Source: an uncultured Actinomycetes bacterium
GTDB taxonomy: Bacteria > Actinomycetota > UBA4738 > HRBIN12
DNA length: 64,000 bases
NCBI GenBank assembly: GCA_963734275.1
Contig: CAVTGO010000006.1
Coordinates: 97,503 to 161,502, forward strand
Direction: 5' to 3'
The notes beneath the pieces are model-generated. The model had not been told where the DNA came from and made no database searches. It saw nothing but the letters and a program-made list of their open reading frames with translations. Shown here in pieces: positions 8,809 to 17,773 of the stretch (position 1 is its first letter; each line of letters begins with the position of its first letter). A program made the translations under genes and the position numbers.

Positions 8809-9870
8809 CTATTCCCCGGATCCCCCGGCGAGGCGGCCGGTGACCGCGATCGTGCCCGGACGGCCGGCCACCGTGACCCCGATGTCCGCCGCCCGGACCC
8901 CGGCGCCCGCGAGCGCATCGGCGAGCCATTCATGGTCGGTCGCCGCGATCAGGAGCCCGCCGGAGGTCTGGGCATCCGCGAGGACGAGCTGCTCCGGCTC
9001 CCTCAGCCGGCCGAACTGGACGTGAGGGTGGACGTAGGCGAGGTTGCGTTCCGTCCCTCCCGGGACCACGTCCGCCGTCGCGAGCTCCAGCACGCCGGGG
9101 AGCACGGGTACGGCGCCGGCGTCGATGCGCGCCCCCACACCCGAGGCCGCCAACATCCGACGCAGGTGGCCGAGGAGGCCGAAACCGGTGACGTCGGTGG
9201 CCGCCTCAGCGCCGACCTCGACCATCGCCCCGGCGGCAGCGGCGTTCGGCGTCGTCATCACGTCGACGGCCCGTTCGAGGAGCCCCGGCGGGTCCTCCCC
9301 GCGTTTGTGCGCCGTCGTCGCGATCCCGACCCCGAGCGGCTTGGTCAGGAACAGGTGTGCGTCCGGCGGCGCCGTCGAGTTGCGGACGATCTTCTCCGGG
9401 TCGGCGAGCCCGAGGACCACCATCCCGTACTTCGGCTCGGGGTCGGTGATCGTGTGCCCGCCGAGGACCGCGGCGCCGGCCGGACCTGCGACGTCGATGC
9501 CGCCCTGGAGCACGCGCCCCAGCATCTCGAGCGGCAGGTCGTCCACGGGCCAGCCCGCGATGTTGAGCGCGAGGAACGGGGATGCGCCCATCGCGTAGAC
9601 GTCGGAGAGCGCATTCGTGGCGGCGATCCGCCCCCAATCGTACGGGTCGTCGACGATCGGCGTGAAGAAGTCGAGCGTGGCCACGAGCGCGTGACCGTCC
9701 GGGAGCCGGACGACCGCGGCGTCGTCGCCGGTGTCGGCGCCGACGAGCACCTCGCGCGTGGTCCCGGGCAGCGTCAGCGTGCCGAGGAGTCGATCCAGCT
9801 CACCCGGCCCGAGCTTGCACCCGCATCCGGCGCCGTGGCTGAAGCTCGTCAGCCGCCGCTCGATCACCAC
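8809..9870 (-). CDS. selD: selenide, water dikinase (selenophosphate synthetase), Cys-type
   Basis: Track ORF of 353 aa: SHGAGCGCKLGP, DDAAVV, DFFTPIVDDPYDWGRIAATNALSDVYAMG, LFLTKPLGVGI, TDVTGFGLLGHL, VPGGTERN, DAQTSGGLL. It is near-collinear with the remembered E. coli SelD. Confidence 0.92.
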   Translation of the reverse strand: MVIERRLTSFSHGAGCGCKLGPGELDRLLGTLTLPGTTREVLVGADTGDDAAVVRLPDGHALVATLDFFTPIVDDPYDWGRIAATNALSDVYAMGASPFLALNIAGWPVDDLPLEMLGRVLQGGIDVAGPAGAAVLGGHTITDPEPKYGMVVLGLADPEKIVRNSTAPPDAHLFLTKPLGVGIATTAHKRGEDPPGLLERAVDVMTTPNAAAAGAMVEVGAEAATDVTGFGLLGHLRRMLAASGVGARIDAGAVPVLPGVLELATADVVPGGTERNLAYVHPHVQFGRLREPEQLVLADAQTSGGLLIAATDHEWLADALAGAGVRAADIGVTVAGRPGTIAVTGRLAGGSGE

Positions 9871-9896
9871 GGGCCGAGGATACGTCCGACCGGCGC

Positions 9897-11414
9897 CTAC
9901 GCCGTGGTCGAGACCTCCATCCGGTGGTGCTCACGGACGTCGGCCGAGGCGGCCATCGTCGAGGGCCCGAGCACCCGGTCGCCGTCGCGGAGCTGCTCGC
10001 GGATCGCGGCGAGCTCGCGGCGGGTGAAGTCGCAGCGGGGCGGGACGGGCTCGATCCCGTACAGGCGCGCCGCGTTCAGGCCGAGGATCTTGGCCTTCAG
10101 CTCCTTCGTGAGGGCCGGGTAGCCGTAGCGCTCCTGGAACTCCTCGGAGATGCGGAACGCGCGCATCGCCTGGAGCTGCGGCTGCGGCGAGCCGTAGAAG
10201 AGGCAGTCGGTCCCCCACACGACGTTGTCCCGTCCCACGTGCTTCAGCAGCTTGCCGAGGACGTGAGCCGCCTGCGTCGGCGTGCGCATCACGTTCCACC
10301 ACGTCGAGCCGAGCTCCGCGTACACGTTCTCGTTCGGCCCGACCCCGGCCCGCTCCATCGACGCGATCAATCGGTTCACGCCGACCTCGGCGGTGGCCGA
10401 CGTGTACGGACCCTCGAAGCCGCCCGATTCGTAGCCGGAGTGGTACACGACGAACCGCGCGTCCCGGTGCCGGCGCGCGGCCGGGCCGATATCCATCGGC
10501 GAGGAGAACCGGCTACCGCCGGAGAAGCCCTTGTGCACGCAGATCCGATCGATGCCGAGCTCCACGCTCCGGCGGATGAACGGCTCGCCGACCTGCGGGA
10601 GGCCGGGCTCGTGGTCGTCGAGCCACCACGCTCCGCCGCCGGGATCGAAGAAGTCCGGGAAGTGGGTGAACGTCTTCCACGCGACGATCGGGTAGCGCGA
10701 CGCGGTGTCCTGCATCCCGCGGAGGACCGCGTCGAGCGAGCCGATGTTCGGCAGCACCTGGCCGTGGAGGAGCACGCGATCGTCGCGGCACAGACCCTCC
10801 ACGATGCGCCGCGTCTCGGCCATGATCTCGGGCGACAGCGGCGATCCCTCGGGATAGATCGGCAGCGCCGAGAGCACGGCGACGTTCGTATCACTGCGGA
10901 TGAAGAACGCCTCGAGGAAGTGCTCGATCGAGTAGCACACGCGGGGGTCGTCCTCGCCGCAGTCCTGCTGCGGGAAGCTCGCCCAGAACCCTTCGCCGTT
11001 GAACACGGGGTTGAGGTCGTACTCGAGCAGGTGGGCTTGAACGTCCATCACGAATTCCTCGCCGCCGACGGCCTCCTCGGCCGCCTCGGGCTCGGTGCTC
11101 GCCTCGGGGGGGACCTCGAAGCCGCCCCCCGGCCCCGACGTCTGGCGGCTGGGGCGAGCGCGGTGCTCCTCGCGCGTGCAGGCGTCGAGGACGGCGAGGG
11201 TGGTGGCGGCGGCGCACAGCGAGCGGAGGAACCTCCGCCGCGGGATGCGCAGGCGCTCGGCGTCGGCGACGCAGGTCTCCAGCGCACGGCGCTCGGCCTC
11301 CCGCAGCACGGGCGCCATCGGGAGCGGGTCGTACTCGCCGTTCGAGCACGGTCCGAGCGGGATCGGAAGCTCGTCGTCGTTCACGGTGTCCGTGCAGACC
11401 GTACCGCCAGCCAC
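9897..11414 (-). CDS. amidohydrolase-family (TIM-barrel metal hydrolase) protein with twin-arginine signal
   Basis: Track ORF of 505 aa with the Tat motif RIPRRRFLRSLCAAATTLAVL. The C-terminal body resembles Amidohydro_2 proteins. The true start may be internal (for example MAPVLREAERR at about 11318). Confidence 0.65.
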   Translation of the reverse strand: MAGGTVCTDTVNDDELPIPLGPCSNGEYDPLPMAPVLREAERRALETCVADAERLRIPRRRFLRSLCAAATTLAVLDACTREEHRARPSRQTSGPGGGFEVPPEASTEPEAAEEAVGGEEFVMDVQAHLLEYDLNPVFNGEGFWASFPQQDCGEDDPRVCYSIEHFLEAFFIRSDTNVAVLSALPIYPEGSPLSPEIMAETRRIVEGLCRDDRVLLHGQVLPNIGSLDAVLRGMQDTASRYPIVAWKTFTHFPDFFDPGGGAWWLDDHEPGLPQVGEPFIRRSVELGIDRICVHKGFSGGSRFSSPMDIGPAARRHRDARFVVYHSGYESGGFEGPYTSATAEVGVNRLIASMERAGVGPNENVYAELGSTWWNVMRTPTQAAHVLGKLLKHVGRDNVVWGTDCLFYGSPQPQLQAMRAFRISEEFQERYGYPALTKELKAKILGLNAARLYGIEPVPPRCDFTRRELAAIREQLRDGDRVLGPSTMAASADVREHHRMEVSTTA

Positions 11415-11443
11415 CCGGTTCCGCCGAGCGTAGGCTCCGAGCG

Positions 11444-13279
11444 GTGGACGTCCAGGCGTTCCTCGCTCGCTTCCCGCCGTTCGACGCGCTCGATCCGGCC
11501 CGGCTCGCGGAGGTCGCCCGCTCCGTGCTGATCGAGCACGTCGCGCCGGGGACCACGATCCTGATCCAGGGCGGCCCGCCGGCCGAGCATCTGTACGTGG
11601 TGCGGCGGGGCGCGGTCGAGGTGCTCGACGGCGGCCGCCTCCTGGACCTGCTATCCGAGGGCGAGAGCTTCGGCGCGCCCTCGCTCGTGGCGCACATGTC
11701 GCCGACGGCGACGGTCCGCGCCCACGAGGACGCGCTCTGCTACCTGATCCCGCGCGAGGTCGCGACCCCGCTCCTGCAGACCACAGAGGGCATCGCGTAC
11801 GTCGTGCGGGCCCTCAGCCGCCGGATGGCTCGGATCGACGAGAGCTGGGAGAGCGAGCGGGGCGACGACCGGTACCGCACCGTCGGCTCGTTGATCCGGC
11901 GGCCCCCCGTGACGTGCGATCCCGGTACCAGCGTCGCCGAGGCGGCGGCAATCATGGCGCGCGAGCGCGTGTCGAGCCTGCTGATTCCGACCACCGAGGG
12001 CCATGGGATCCTGACGGACCGGGACCTGCGGACACGGGTGGTGGCCGAGCGCCGCGATCCCTCCACCCCGGTCTCCGAGGTGATGACGCAGCGCGCCGAG
12101 ACGGTGGGGCCGGACACGCTCGCCGGGGACGTCCTGCTCCGCATGCTCGAAGGCGGCTTCCACCACTTCCCGGTGGAAGGCCCGGACGGCCTCGCCGGCG
12201 TGGTCACCGACACCGACCTCATGGGCGTCGGCAAGCACACGCCGTTCGCGCTTAAGGCCGCGATCGAGCGCGCGGACGGGCGTGACGCCGTGACAGCGGC
12301 GGGTCGCGGCATCCCCGACGTCGTCGGTTCGTTGATGGACGCGAGCGCCGACCCGGTGGACGTCGGCCGCGTGGTCGCCCTGCTGATCGACGCGATGACG
12401 CGCCGGCTGCTGGAACTCGGCGTCGATCGTCTGGGCGACCCGCCGGCCGCGTGGGCCTGGCTCGCGCTCGGCAGCGCGGCGCGGCACGAGCAGGCCCTTC
12501 GGACCGACCAGGACCACGCCCTCGCGTACGAGCCCGGCGACGCGGCGCTGGGCGAGGTCGACCCCTACTTCGCAGACCTCGCGGCCTCGGTCGTGGACGG
12601 GCTCGAGGCCGCCGGGATCCCCCGCTGCGAGGCCGACGCGATGGCCTCGAACGCCGCGCTCCGTCACCCGATCGCCGGATGGACGTCGCGGTTCGAAGCG
12701 TGGATGCGCGACCTCGGGCCGGTCGGCAGCGAGCAGCTCTCGATCGTCTTCGACTACCGGCAGGTCGCGGGACCGCTCGACGCCGAGGGTCCACTCAACG
12801 CCGAGATCCGAACGGCGCCCTCGCATGCGACGTTCGCCCGCCACCTCGCGAGGCGCGCGCTGGACCTGGGCCCGCCCACCGGGTTCTTCAAGGACCTCGT
12901 GGTCGAGGACCGAGGCGAGCACGCGGGCACGCTCGACGTGAAGCATGGCGGCATCACGATCGTCTCCAACCTGGCGCGCGCCTATGCGGTCGGGTCGGGG
13001 ATCACGGAGAAGCGGACGATCGGCCGGCTCCTGGCCGCCGAGAGCGCCGGCGTGATCGACCGGGAGACGTGCGTCGGGCTCGCCGAGTCGTTCCGGTTCC
13101 TGTGGCACGTGCGGCTGCAGCACCACGTCGTCTTGCACCGGGCCGGGCGGGAGCCGAGCGACCACCTCGACCCCGCGGTGCTCGGGCCGCTCGCGCGCCA
13201 GGGGCTGAAGGAGGCCTTCCGCACGATCAGGCGCGCCCAGCGCGCGCTGGCGCTGGAGGCCGGCGTGGCGATGCGCTAA
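11444..13279 (+). CDS. signal-transduction protein: cNMP-binding domain + CBS pair + DUF294-type nucleotidyltransferase
   Basis: Track ORF of 611 aa. The N-terminus has cyclic-nucleotide-binding-like GESFGAPSL, then a CBS region (VSSLLIP...GILTDRDL), then DQDHALAY and a C-terminal DUF294_C-like helical domain. Confidence 0.75.
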   Translation: MDVQAFLARFPPFDALDPARLAEVARSVLIEHVAPGTTILIQGGPPAEHLYVVRRGAVEVLDGGRLLDLLSEGESFGAPSLVAHMSPTATVRAHEDALCYLIPREVATPLLQTTEGIAYVVRALSRRMARIDESWESERGDDRYRTVGSLIRRPPVTCDPGTSVAEAAAIMARERVSSLLIPTTEGHGILTDRDLRTRVVAERRDPSTPVSEVMTQRAETVGPDTLAGDVLLRMLEGGFHHFPVEGPDGLAGVVTDTDLMGVGKHTPFALKAAIERADGRDAVTAAGRGIPDVVGSLMDASADPVDVGRVVALLIDAMTRRLLELGVDRLGDPPAAWAWLALGSAARHEQALRTDQDHALAYEPGDAALGEVDPYFADLAASVVDGLEAAGIPRCEADAMASNAALRHPIAGWTSRFEAWMRDLGPVGSEQLSIVFDYRQVAGPLDAEGPLNAEIRTAPSHATFARHLARRALDLGPPTGFFKDLVVEDRGEHAGTLDVKHGGITIVSNLARAYAVGSGITEKRTIGRLLAAESAGVIDRETCVGLAESFRFLWHVRLQHHVVLHRAGREPSDHLDPAVLGPLARQGLKEAFRTIRRAQRALALEAGVAMR

Positions 13280-14076
13280 TCGCCCGGCGCCGCCGCGGGG
13301 GCCGCGCCGGCAGAACCCATCGCGTGGTAGCCGCCGTCGACGTGGATCATCTCGCCGCTGATCGCGCGCGCGAGGTCCGAGAACAGGAACGTCACCGCGT
13401 CCGCGACCGGGGAGGGATCGGTCACGTCCCAGCCGAGCGGAGCCCGCGCGTCCCAACCATCGGCGATCGCCTCGAAGCCGGGGATCCCCTTGCCCGCTAT
13501 GGTGCGCAGGGGGCCGGCCGAGACGGTGTTCACGCGGATCGCGTGCCGGCCGAGGTCCCGCGCGAGGTACCGCGTGACGGACTCGAGCCCGGCCTTGGCC
13601 ACACCCATCCAGTCGTAGACCGGCCACGCGAACCGGGCGTCGAAGTCGAGTGACACGATCGAGCCGCCGTGCTCCTTCATGTGCGGGAGCAGCCCAGCCG
13701 CGATCGCCTTGAGCGAGAAGGCGCTCGTCTGGAACGCCGTCGCGACGCTCTCCCAGGGCGTCGTGAGGAAGTTCCCGCCCAGCGCGTCCTGCGGCGCGAA
13801 CGCGATCGCGTGGAGGAACCCGTCGACCCGGCCCCACCGGGACCCGAGCTCGGCGGCGACGGATTCGATGTGCTCGGGCGCGTTCGCGTCCATCTCGAGC
13901 ACGTCGGCCGGTTGCGGGAGGCGACGCGCGACCTTCTCGGTGAGTCCCATCGCGCGGCCGAAGGAGGTGAGGACGATCTCGGCGCCGTGCTCCTGCGCGG
14001 AGCGCGCCGCGGAGAACGCGATGGACCCGCGCGTCAGCACGCCGGTGATCAACAGCTTCTTGCCGTCCAGCAGCAC
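13276..14076 (-). CDS. inhA: enoyl-[acyl-carrier-protein] reductase (NADH), InhA/FabI type
   Basis: Track ORF of 266 aa: LLDGKKLLITGVLTRGSIAFSAAR, WMGVAKAGLES, VNTVSAGPLRT, IHVDGG. It is collinear with the remembered M. tuberculosis InhA. GTG start preceded by GAGGAG. Confidence 0.85.
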   Translation of the reverse strand: MLLDGKKLLITGVLTRGSIAFSAARSAQEHGAEIVLTSFGRAMGLTEKVARRLPQPADVLEMDANAPEHIESVAAELGSRWGRVDGFLHAIAFAPQDALGGNFLTTPWESVATAFQTSAFSLKAIAAGLLPHMKEHGGSIVSLDFDARFAWPVYDWMGVAKAGLESVTRYLARDLGRHAIRVNTVSAGPLRTIAGKGIPGFEAIADGWDARAPLGWDVTDPSPVADAVTFLFSDLARAISGEMIHVDGGYHAMGSAGAAPAAAPGD

Positions 14077-14103
14077 GGTCGTCGCTCCTCGTCGGTTCGG
14101 GGC

Positions 14104-15135
14104 ATGCTATCGGGAATGCCGACGGACCTGGAAGCGCTCCCGAAGGTGGACCTGCACCGGCACCTCGAGGGCGCGATCCGCCTCGCGACGCTGATCGACC
14201 TCTATCGCGATGCCGGCGCTCCCCTCCCCGAGACGACCCCCACCGAACTCGAGGCCCGGGCACGCGTGCTGACGCCGATGAACAACCTCGAGGAGGTGCT
14301 CTCGCGCTTCACCCTTGCGCAGGAGGCGTTCTGGGACGCGGCCGCTGCCGAGCGGATCGCGTACGAGGCCGTCGAGGATCTGGCGCTCGACGGCGTGCGC
14401 CTGGCCGAGCTGCGCTTCTCTCCCGACTTCCTCGCCCGTCCGCACGGCCTGGACTGGAACGCCGCCCTCGACGCGATCGTCCGCGGCGTCGAGCGAGCCT
14501 CGCGCGACCAGGACGTGACCGTCGGCCTGATCGTCATCGCGAGCCGCAACTACGGCATGGGGTCGGCCGAGCGGACGGTGGGGTTCGCGCTGGATCGGCG
14601 TGACGACCTCGTGGCGTTCGATCTTGCCGGCGACGAGCAGGCGTTCCCGCCGTCGATGTACGTGGACGTCGTCGCCCGGCTCGCCGGGAGCGGGCTGAAG
14701 CTCACGACCCATTACGGGGAGTCGGGCGGTCCGGCGTTCCCCCGCGAGGCGATCGAGGCGCTCGGCTCGCTGCGGCTCGGCCACGGCGTGAGCGTGGCGC
14801 GCGACCCCGAGGTCGTCGCGCTCGCGCGCGAGCGCCGCGTCACGCTGGAGATGTGCCCGACCTCGAACGTACGCACCCGCGCCGTCGCCTCGCTGGCCGA
14901 GCACCCCGCGCGCCGGCTCCTCGATCAGGACGTCCTGGTCACGATCAACACCGACAACCCCGAGCTGTTCGGCGTGGACCTCACCCACGAGCTCGGGCTC
15001 GCACGGGACACCTTGCGGTTCACCGAGGACGACCTGCGGCAGGTGACCGCGAACGCGCTCGAGGCGAGCTTCGTGGACGAGGCGGCGAAGGACGACGTTC
15101 GGCGACGGCACTTCGGCTGGGTGGATGCACGCTGA
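14104..15135 (+). CDS. add: adenosine deaminase
   Basis: This is the last 343 codons of track ORF 13669..15135: LPKVDLHRHLEGA, FDLAGDE, THYGES, RLGHGV, EMCPTSN, INTDNP. The start is ATG 14104 (or 14116). Confidence 0.9.
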   Translation: MLSGMPTDLEALPKVDLHRHLEGAIRLATLIDLYRDAGAPLPETTPTELEARARVLTPMNNLEEVLSRFTLAQEAFWDAAAAERIAYEAVEDLALDGVRLAELRFSPDFLARPHGLDWNAALDAIVRGVERASRDQDVTVGLIVIASRNYGMGSAERTVGFALDRRDDLVAFDLAGDEQAFPPSMYVDVVARLAGSGLKLTTHYGESGGPAFPREAIEALGSLRLGHGVSVARDPEVVALARERRVTLEMCPTSNVRTRAVASLAEHPARRLLDQDVLVTINTDNPELFGVDLTHELGLARDTLRFTEDDLRQVTANALEASFVDEAAKDDVRRRHFGWVDAR

Positions 15136-15223
15136 CCGGCCTCCCTCGGACGCCGGTGGGCCAGACATCGGTGAGCAAGACGTCGGTAGGATGGACGCTC
15201 CCGAACGGAAGGAACCCACCTCG

Positions 15224-16879
15224 ATGACCTCCTCCGACGACGCCGCGACGTCCCTCGCCGACCGCTACTGGGAGGGGATGCTCGAGCTCGAGCCGATCCT
15301 CGCGACGATCGTCGGCGACGAGCGCTACGACGACCGGCTGCCGGACATCGGCGAGTCGGGCCGGGCCGCCCGGGACGCCTTCCACCGCGGCGCGTTGTCC
15401 GAGCTCGAGGGCCTGGACCGGGACCTCGAGGACGAAGGGCTGCGGACCACGATCGACGTGCTCGAGGCCATCGCGACGCGTGAGATCGCTTCGCTCGACC
15501 ACCGGCTCGACCGCCTCCAGGTCGTGAGCCACCTGTGGGGTCCGGGCGGCCTGCTCGGGGAGCTGGCGTCGATGCAGCGCGCCGACACGCCCGAGCGCGT
15601 CGACCGCTACATCGGGCGCCTCGTGTCCACCCCCGGGTACTACCGGGACGCGGCCGAGACCGCGCGCGACGGCGTCGCGGCCGGGGTCACCGCGCCTCGG
15701 ATCGTGGTCGAGCGCGCCGTCGCCCAGGTCGAGCGCCTGATCGCGACGCCGATCGAGTCCTCACCTGCGCTCGTGCCCGTCCGGCCCGACGACGCCGAGG
15801 GTCGGGAGCGGGTGGCCGGCGCGATGCGTGACCACGTGGTCCCGGCGCTGTCCGGCTACCTCGACGCGCTGCGCGCGTACCTGCCCTCGGCGACCGAGAC
15901 GATCGGCCTGTCGGCGCTGCCGAACGGCGAGGCGATGTACGCGGCGCAGATCCTGTCGTGGACCTCGCTGGCGCAGGAGGCGGACGTGGTGCACGACCTC
16001 GGCGTGACCGACCTCGCGAAGATCCAGGACGAGCGGCAGGAGTGCGCCATCCGGCTCGGGGCGGCCGACCCGGCGGGCGCGCTGGCCGTGCTCGACGACC
16101 GGGACGGGAACCGGTTCGCATCCAAGGAGGAGCTCGTGCGGACGGCCCTCGAGCAGGTGGCCAGGGGCTGGGACGCGGCGCCCGGCTGGTTCGGCGTCAT
16201 GCCTTCGGACAACTGCGACGTCAAGCCGGTCGAGGAGTTCCGCGAGGCCGATATGCCCTTCGCCTTCTATCAGCCGCCCACCGCGGACGGCTCGCGCCGC
16301 GGGATCTATTACGTGAACGGCGGCGACCTCGACGCCAAGCCCCGTCACCACCTCGCCACGACGACGTACCACGAGGCGAACCCGGGCCACCACTTCCAGA
16401 TCGCTCTCGAGCAGGAGATGGGCGACCGCCCCGCGCTCCGGCGCTTCGGCGGGCTCCTCGCGGGCGCCTCGTTCGCCGAGGGCTGGGGCCTGTACAGCGA
16501 GCGCCTGGCCGACGAGATGGGGCTGTTCGAGGACGAGGGTGAGCGCCTCGGCATGCTGGACATGCAGGGGATGCGGGCGGCGCGCCTGGTCGTCGACACC
16601 GGGATCCACGCGTTCGGCTGGACGCGCGAGCGGGCGATCTCGCTCCTCGAGGAGGCTGGCGTCCCGCACGTGGACGCGGTGATCGAGGCCGACCGATACA
16701 TCACGATCCCGGGCCAGGCGCTCACGTACAAGACGGGACAGTTCGAGATCGAGCGTCAGCGGGCGCACGCCGCGGCTCGAGACGGGGCGTCGTTCTCGCT
16801 CTCCGACTTCCACGACCGCTTGCTCTCGCTCGGCTCGCTCCCGCTCTCGGCGCTGCAGCGCGAGCTCGGACGCACCTAG
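15224..16879 (+). CDS. DUF885-family protein (metallopeptidase-like)
   Basis: Track ORF 15125..16879, with the start moved to ATG 15224 after GGAAGGA. Motifs: YHEANPGHHFQ, FAEGWGLYSE, PGQALTYKTG. Confidence 0.7.
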   Translation: MTSSDDAATSLADRYWEGMLELEPILATIVGDERYDDRLPDIGESGRAARDAFHRGALSELEGLDRDLEDEGLRTTIDVLEAIATREIASLDHRLDRLQVVSHLWGPGGLLGELASMQRADTPERVDRYIGRLVSTPGYYRDAAETARDGVAAGVTAPRIVVERAVAQVERLIATPIESSPALVPVRPDDAEGRERVAGAMRDHVVPALSGYLDALRAYLPSATETIGLSALPNGEAMYAAQILSWTSLAQEADVVHDLGVTDLAKIQDERQECAIRLGAADPAGALAVLDDRDGNRFASKEELVRTALEQVARGWDAAPGWFGVMPSDNCDVKPVEEFREADMPFAFYQPPTADGSRRGIYYVNGGDLDAKPRHHLATTTYHEANPGHHFQIALEQEMGDRPALRRFGGLLAGASFAEGWGLYSERLADEMGLFEDEGERLGMLDMQGMRAARLVVDTGIHAFGWTRERAISLLEEAGVPHVDAVIEADRYITIPGQALTYKTGQFEIERQRAHAAARDGASFSLSDFHDRLLSLGSLPLSALQRELGRT

Positions 16880-17748
16880 GTCAGGCGTGGCCGCTCGGCA
16901 CGGAGCAGCAGGTAGTCGAGGACGCCGTTCCGCCATAGCTGCTCGACCTGCGCGAGCATCGCGCGCGAGGCGAGCCGCATCGCCATCGGCGCCGCGCCGC
17001 CGGCTTCCAGGCGGCCCCGGACGAACCGCAGGGCGGGACCGATCACGCGCTCTCCCACGAGCCGGGTCCGCACGTTCACGAACCCAGCCTCACCGGCGAG
17101 CTCGGCGATCGCGTCCGCCGATATCGCGGCGCCCGAGCCCAGGCCCCACACCCGCAGCTGGGTGAGTCCCGCCACCAGCTCGACCGGCCCCCGGGGCATG
17201 CGGCGCACCGGGACGTCGGACATCGTCAGGACCCCGCCGGGTCGCAGCGTTCGGAACGACTCGGCGAAGAACCGCGCGCGCGACGGGAAATGGAAGGCGG
17301 CCTCCACGCTGATCACGCCGTCGAGGCTCGCGTCGTGAAGCGGGATCCGGGTGGCGTCGCCGTTCACGGCGAGCGCGCCGGATTCGGCCAGGCGCCGCCG
17401 CCCGGCCACCAGCTGCGACCGCGTGATGTTCAGAGCGACGAGCCGGCGAGGCCCCGCCACGGCCGCGATCAGCGGGTCCTGCGCGCCGAGCCCGTTCCCG
17501 ACGTCGAGGATCTCCCCCCCGCGGGGAAGATCGGCCGCCAGGGTGCTGACCAGGCGACGCACGGCGACGGGCGCCTCCGCCGGGTCGCTCCCGTCCCCCT
17601 CCCACAGCCCGAGGTTCAGCCACCCCTCGTCGAGCGCGAGGAAGAAGTCGGGTCCGATCGAGTCGTAGACGGCGGCGGCCGGATTGCGGCCGCGTCGAAC
17701 CAGCGTCAGGGCATGCCGGAGGTGTTCGGGCGTCCAGGTCGTGCTCAC
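16876..17748 (-). CDS. class I SAM-dependent methyltransferase
   Basis: Track ORF 16876..17859, with the start moved to GTG 17746-17748 so that it follows the upstream stop at 17774. Motif I is ILDVGNGLG, and LRPGGVLT is also present. Confidence 0.75.
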   Translation of the reverse strand: MSTTWTPEHLRHALTLVRRGRNPAAAVYDSIGPDFFLALDEGWLNLGLWEGDGSDPAEAPVAVRRLVSTLAADLPRGGEILDVGNGLGAQDPLIAAVAGPRRLVALNITRSQLVAGRRRLAESGALAVNGDATRIPLHDASLDGVISVEAAFHFPSRARFFAESFRTLRPGGVLTMSDVPVRRMPRGPVELVAGLTQLRVWGLGSGAAISADAIAELAGEAGFVNVRTRLVGERVIGPALRFVRGRLEAGGAAPMAMRLASRAMLAQVEQLWRNGVLDYLLLRAERPRLT

Positions 17749-17773
17749 CCGACCACGGTACCCGGAGCCGAAG

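Noticed and set aside
8809-9870. I checked whether selD itself is a selenoprotein (in-frame TGA) or whether neighbouring genes contain in-frame TGA codons.
   Set aside because: The active-site loop reads SHGAGCGCK with Cys codons. The neighbouring ORFs are uninterrupted, and no SECIS-like context was evident by eye.
11651-14263. An 870-aa minus-strand ORF, plus other very long ORFs in the track (17684..20356+, 41834..44665+, 32790..34946-, 43700..45556-).
   Set aside because: Only short terminal parts are real genes in some cases (the VOC protein at 20000-20356 and the small protein at 44210-44665). The remainder is out-of-frame or antisense read-through of recognised genes.
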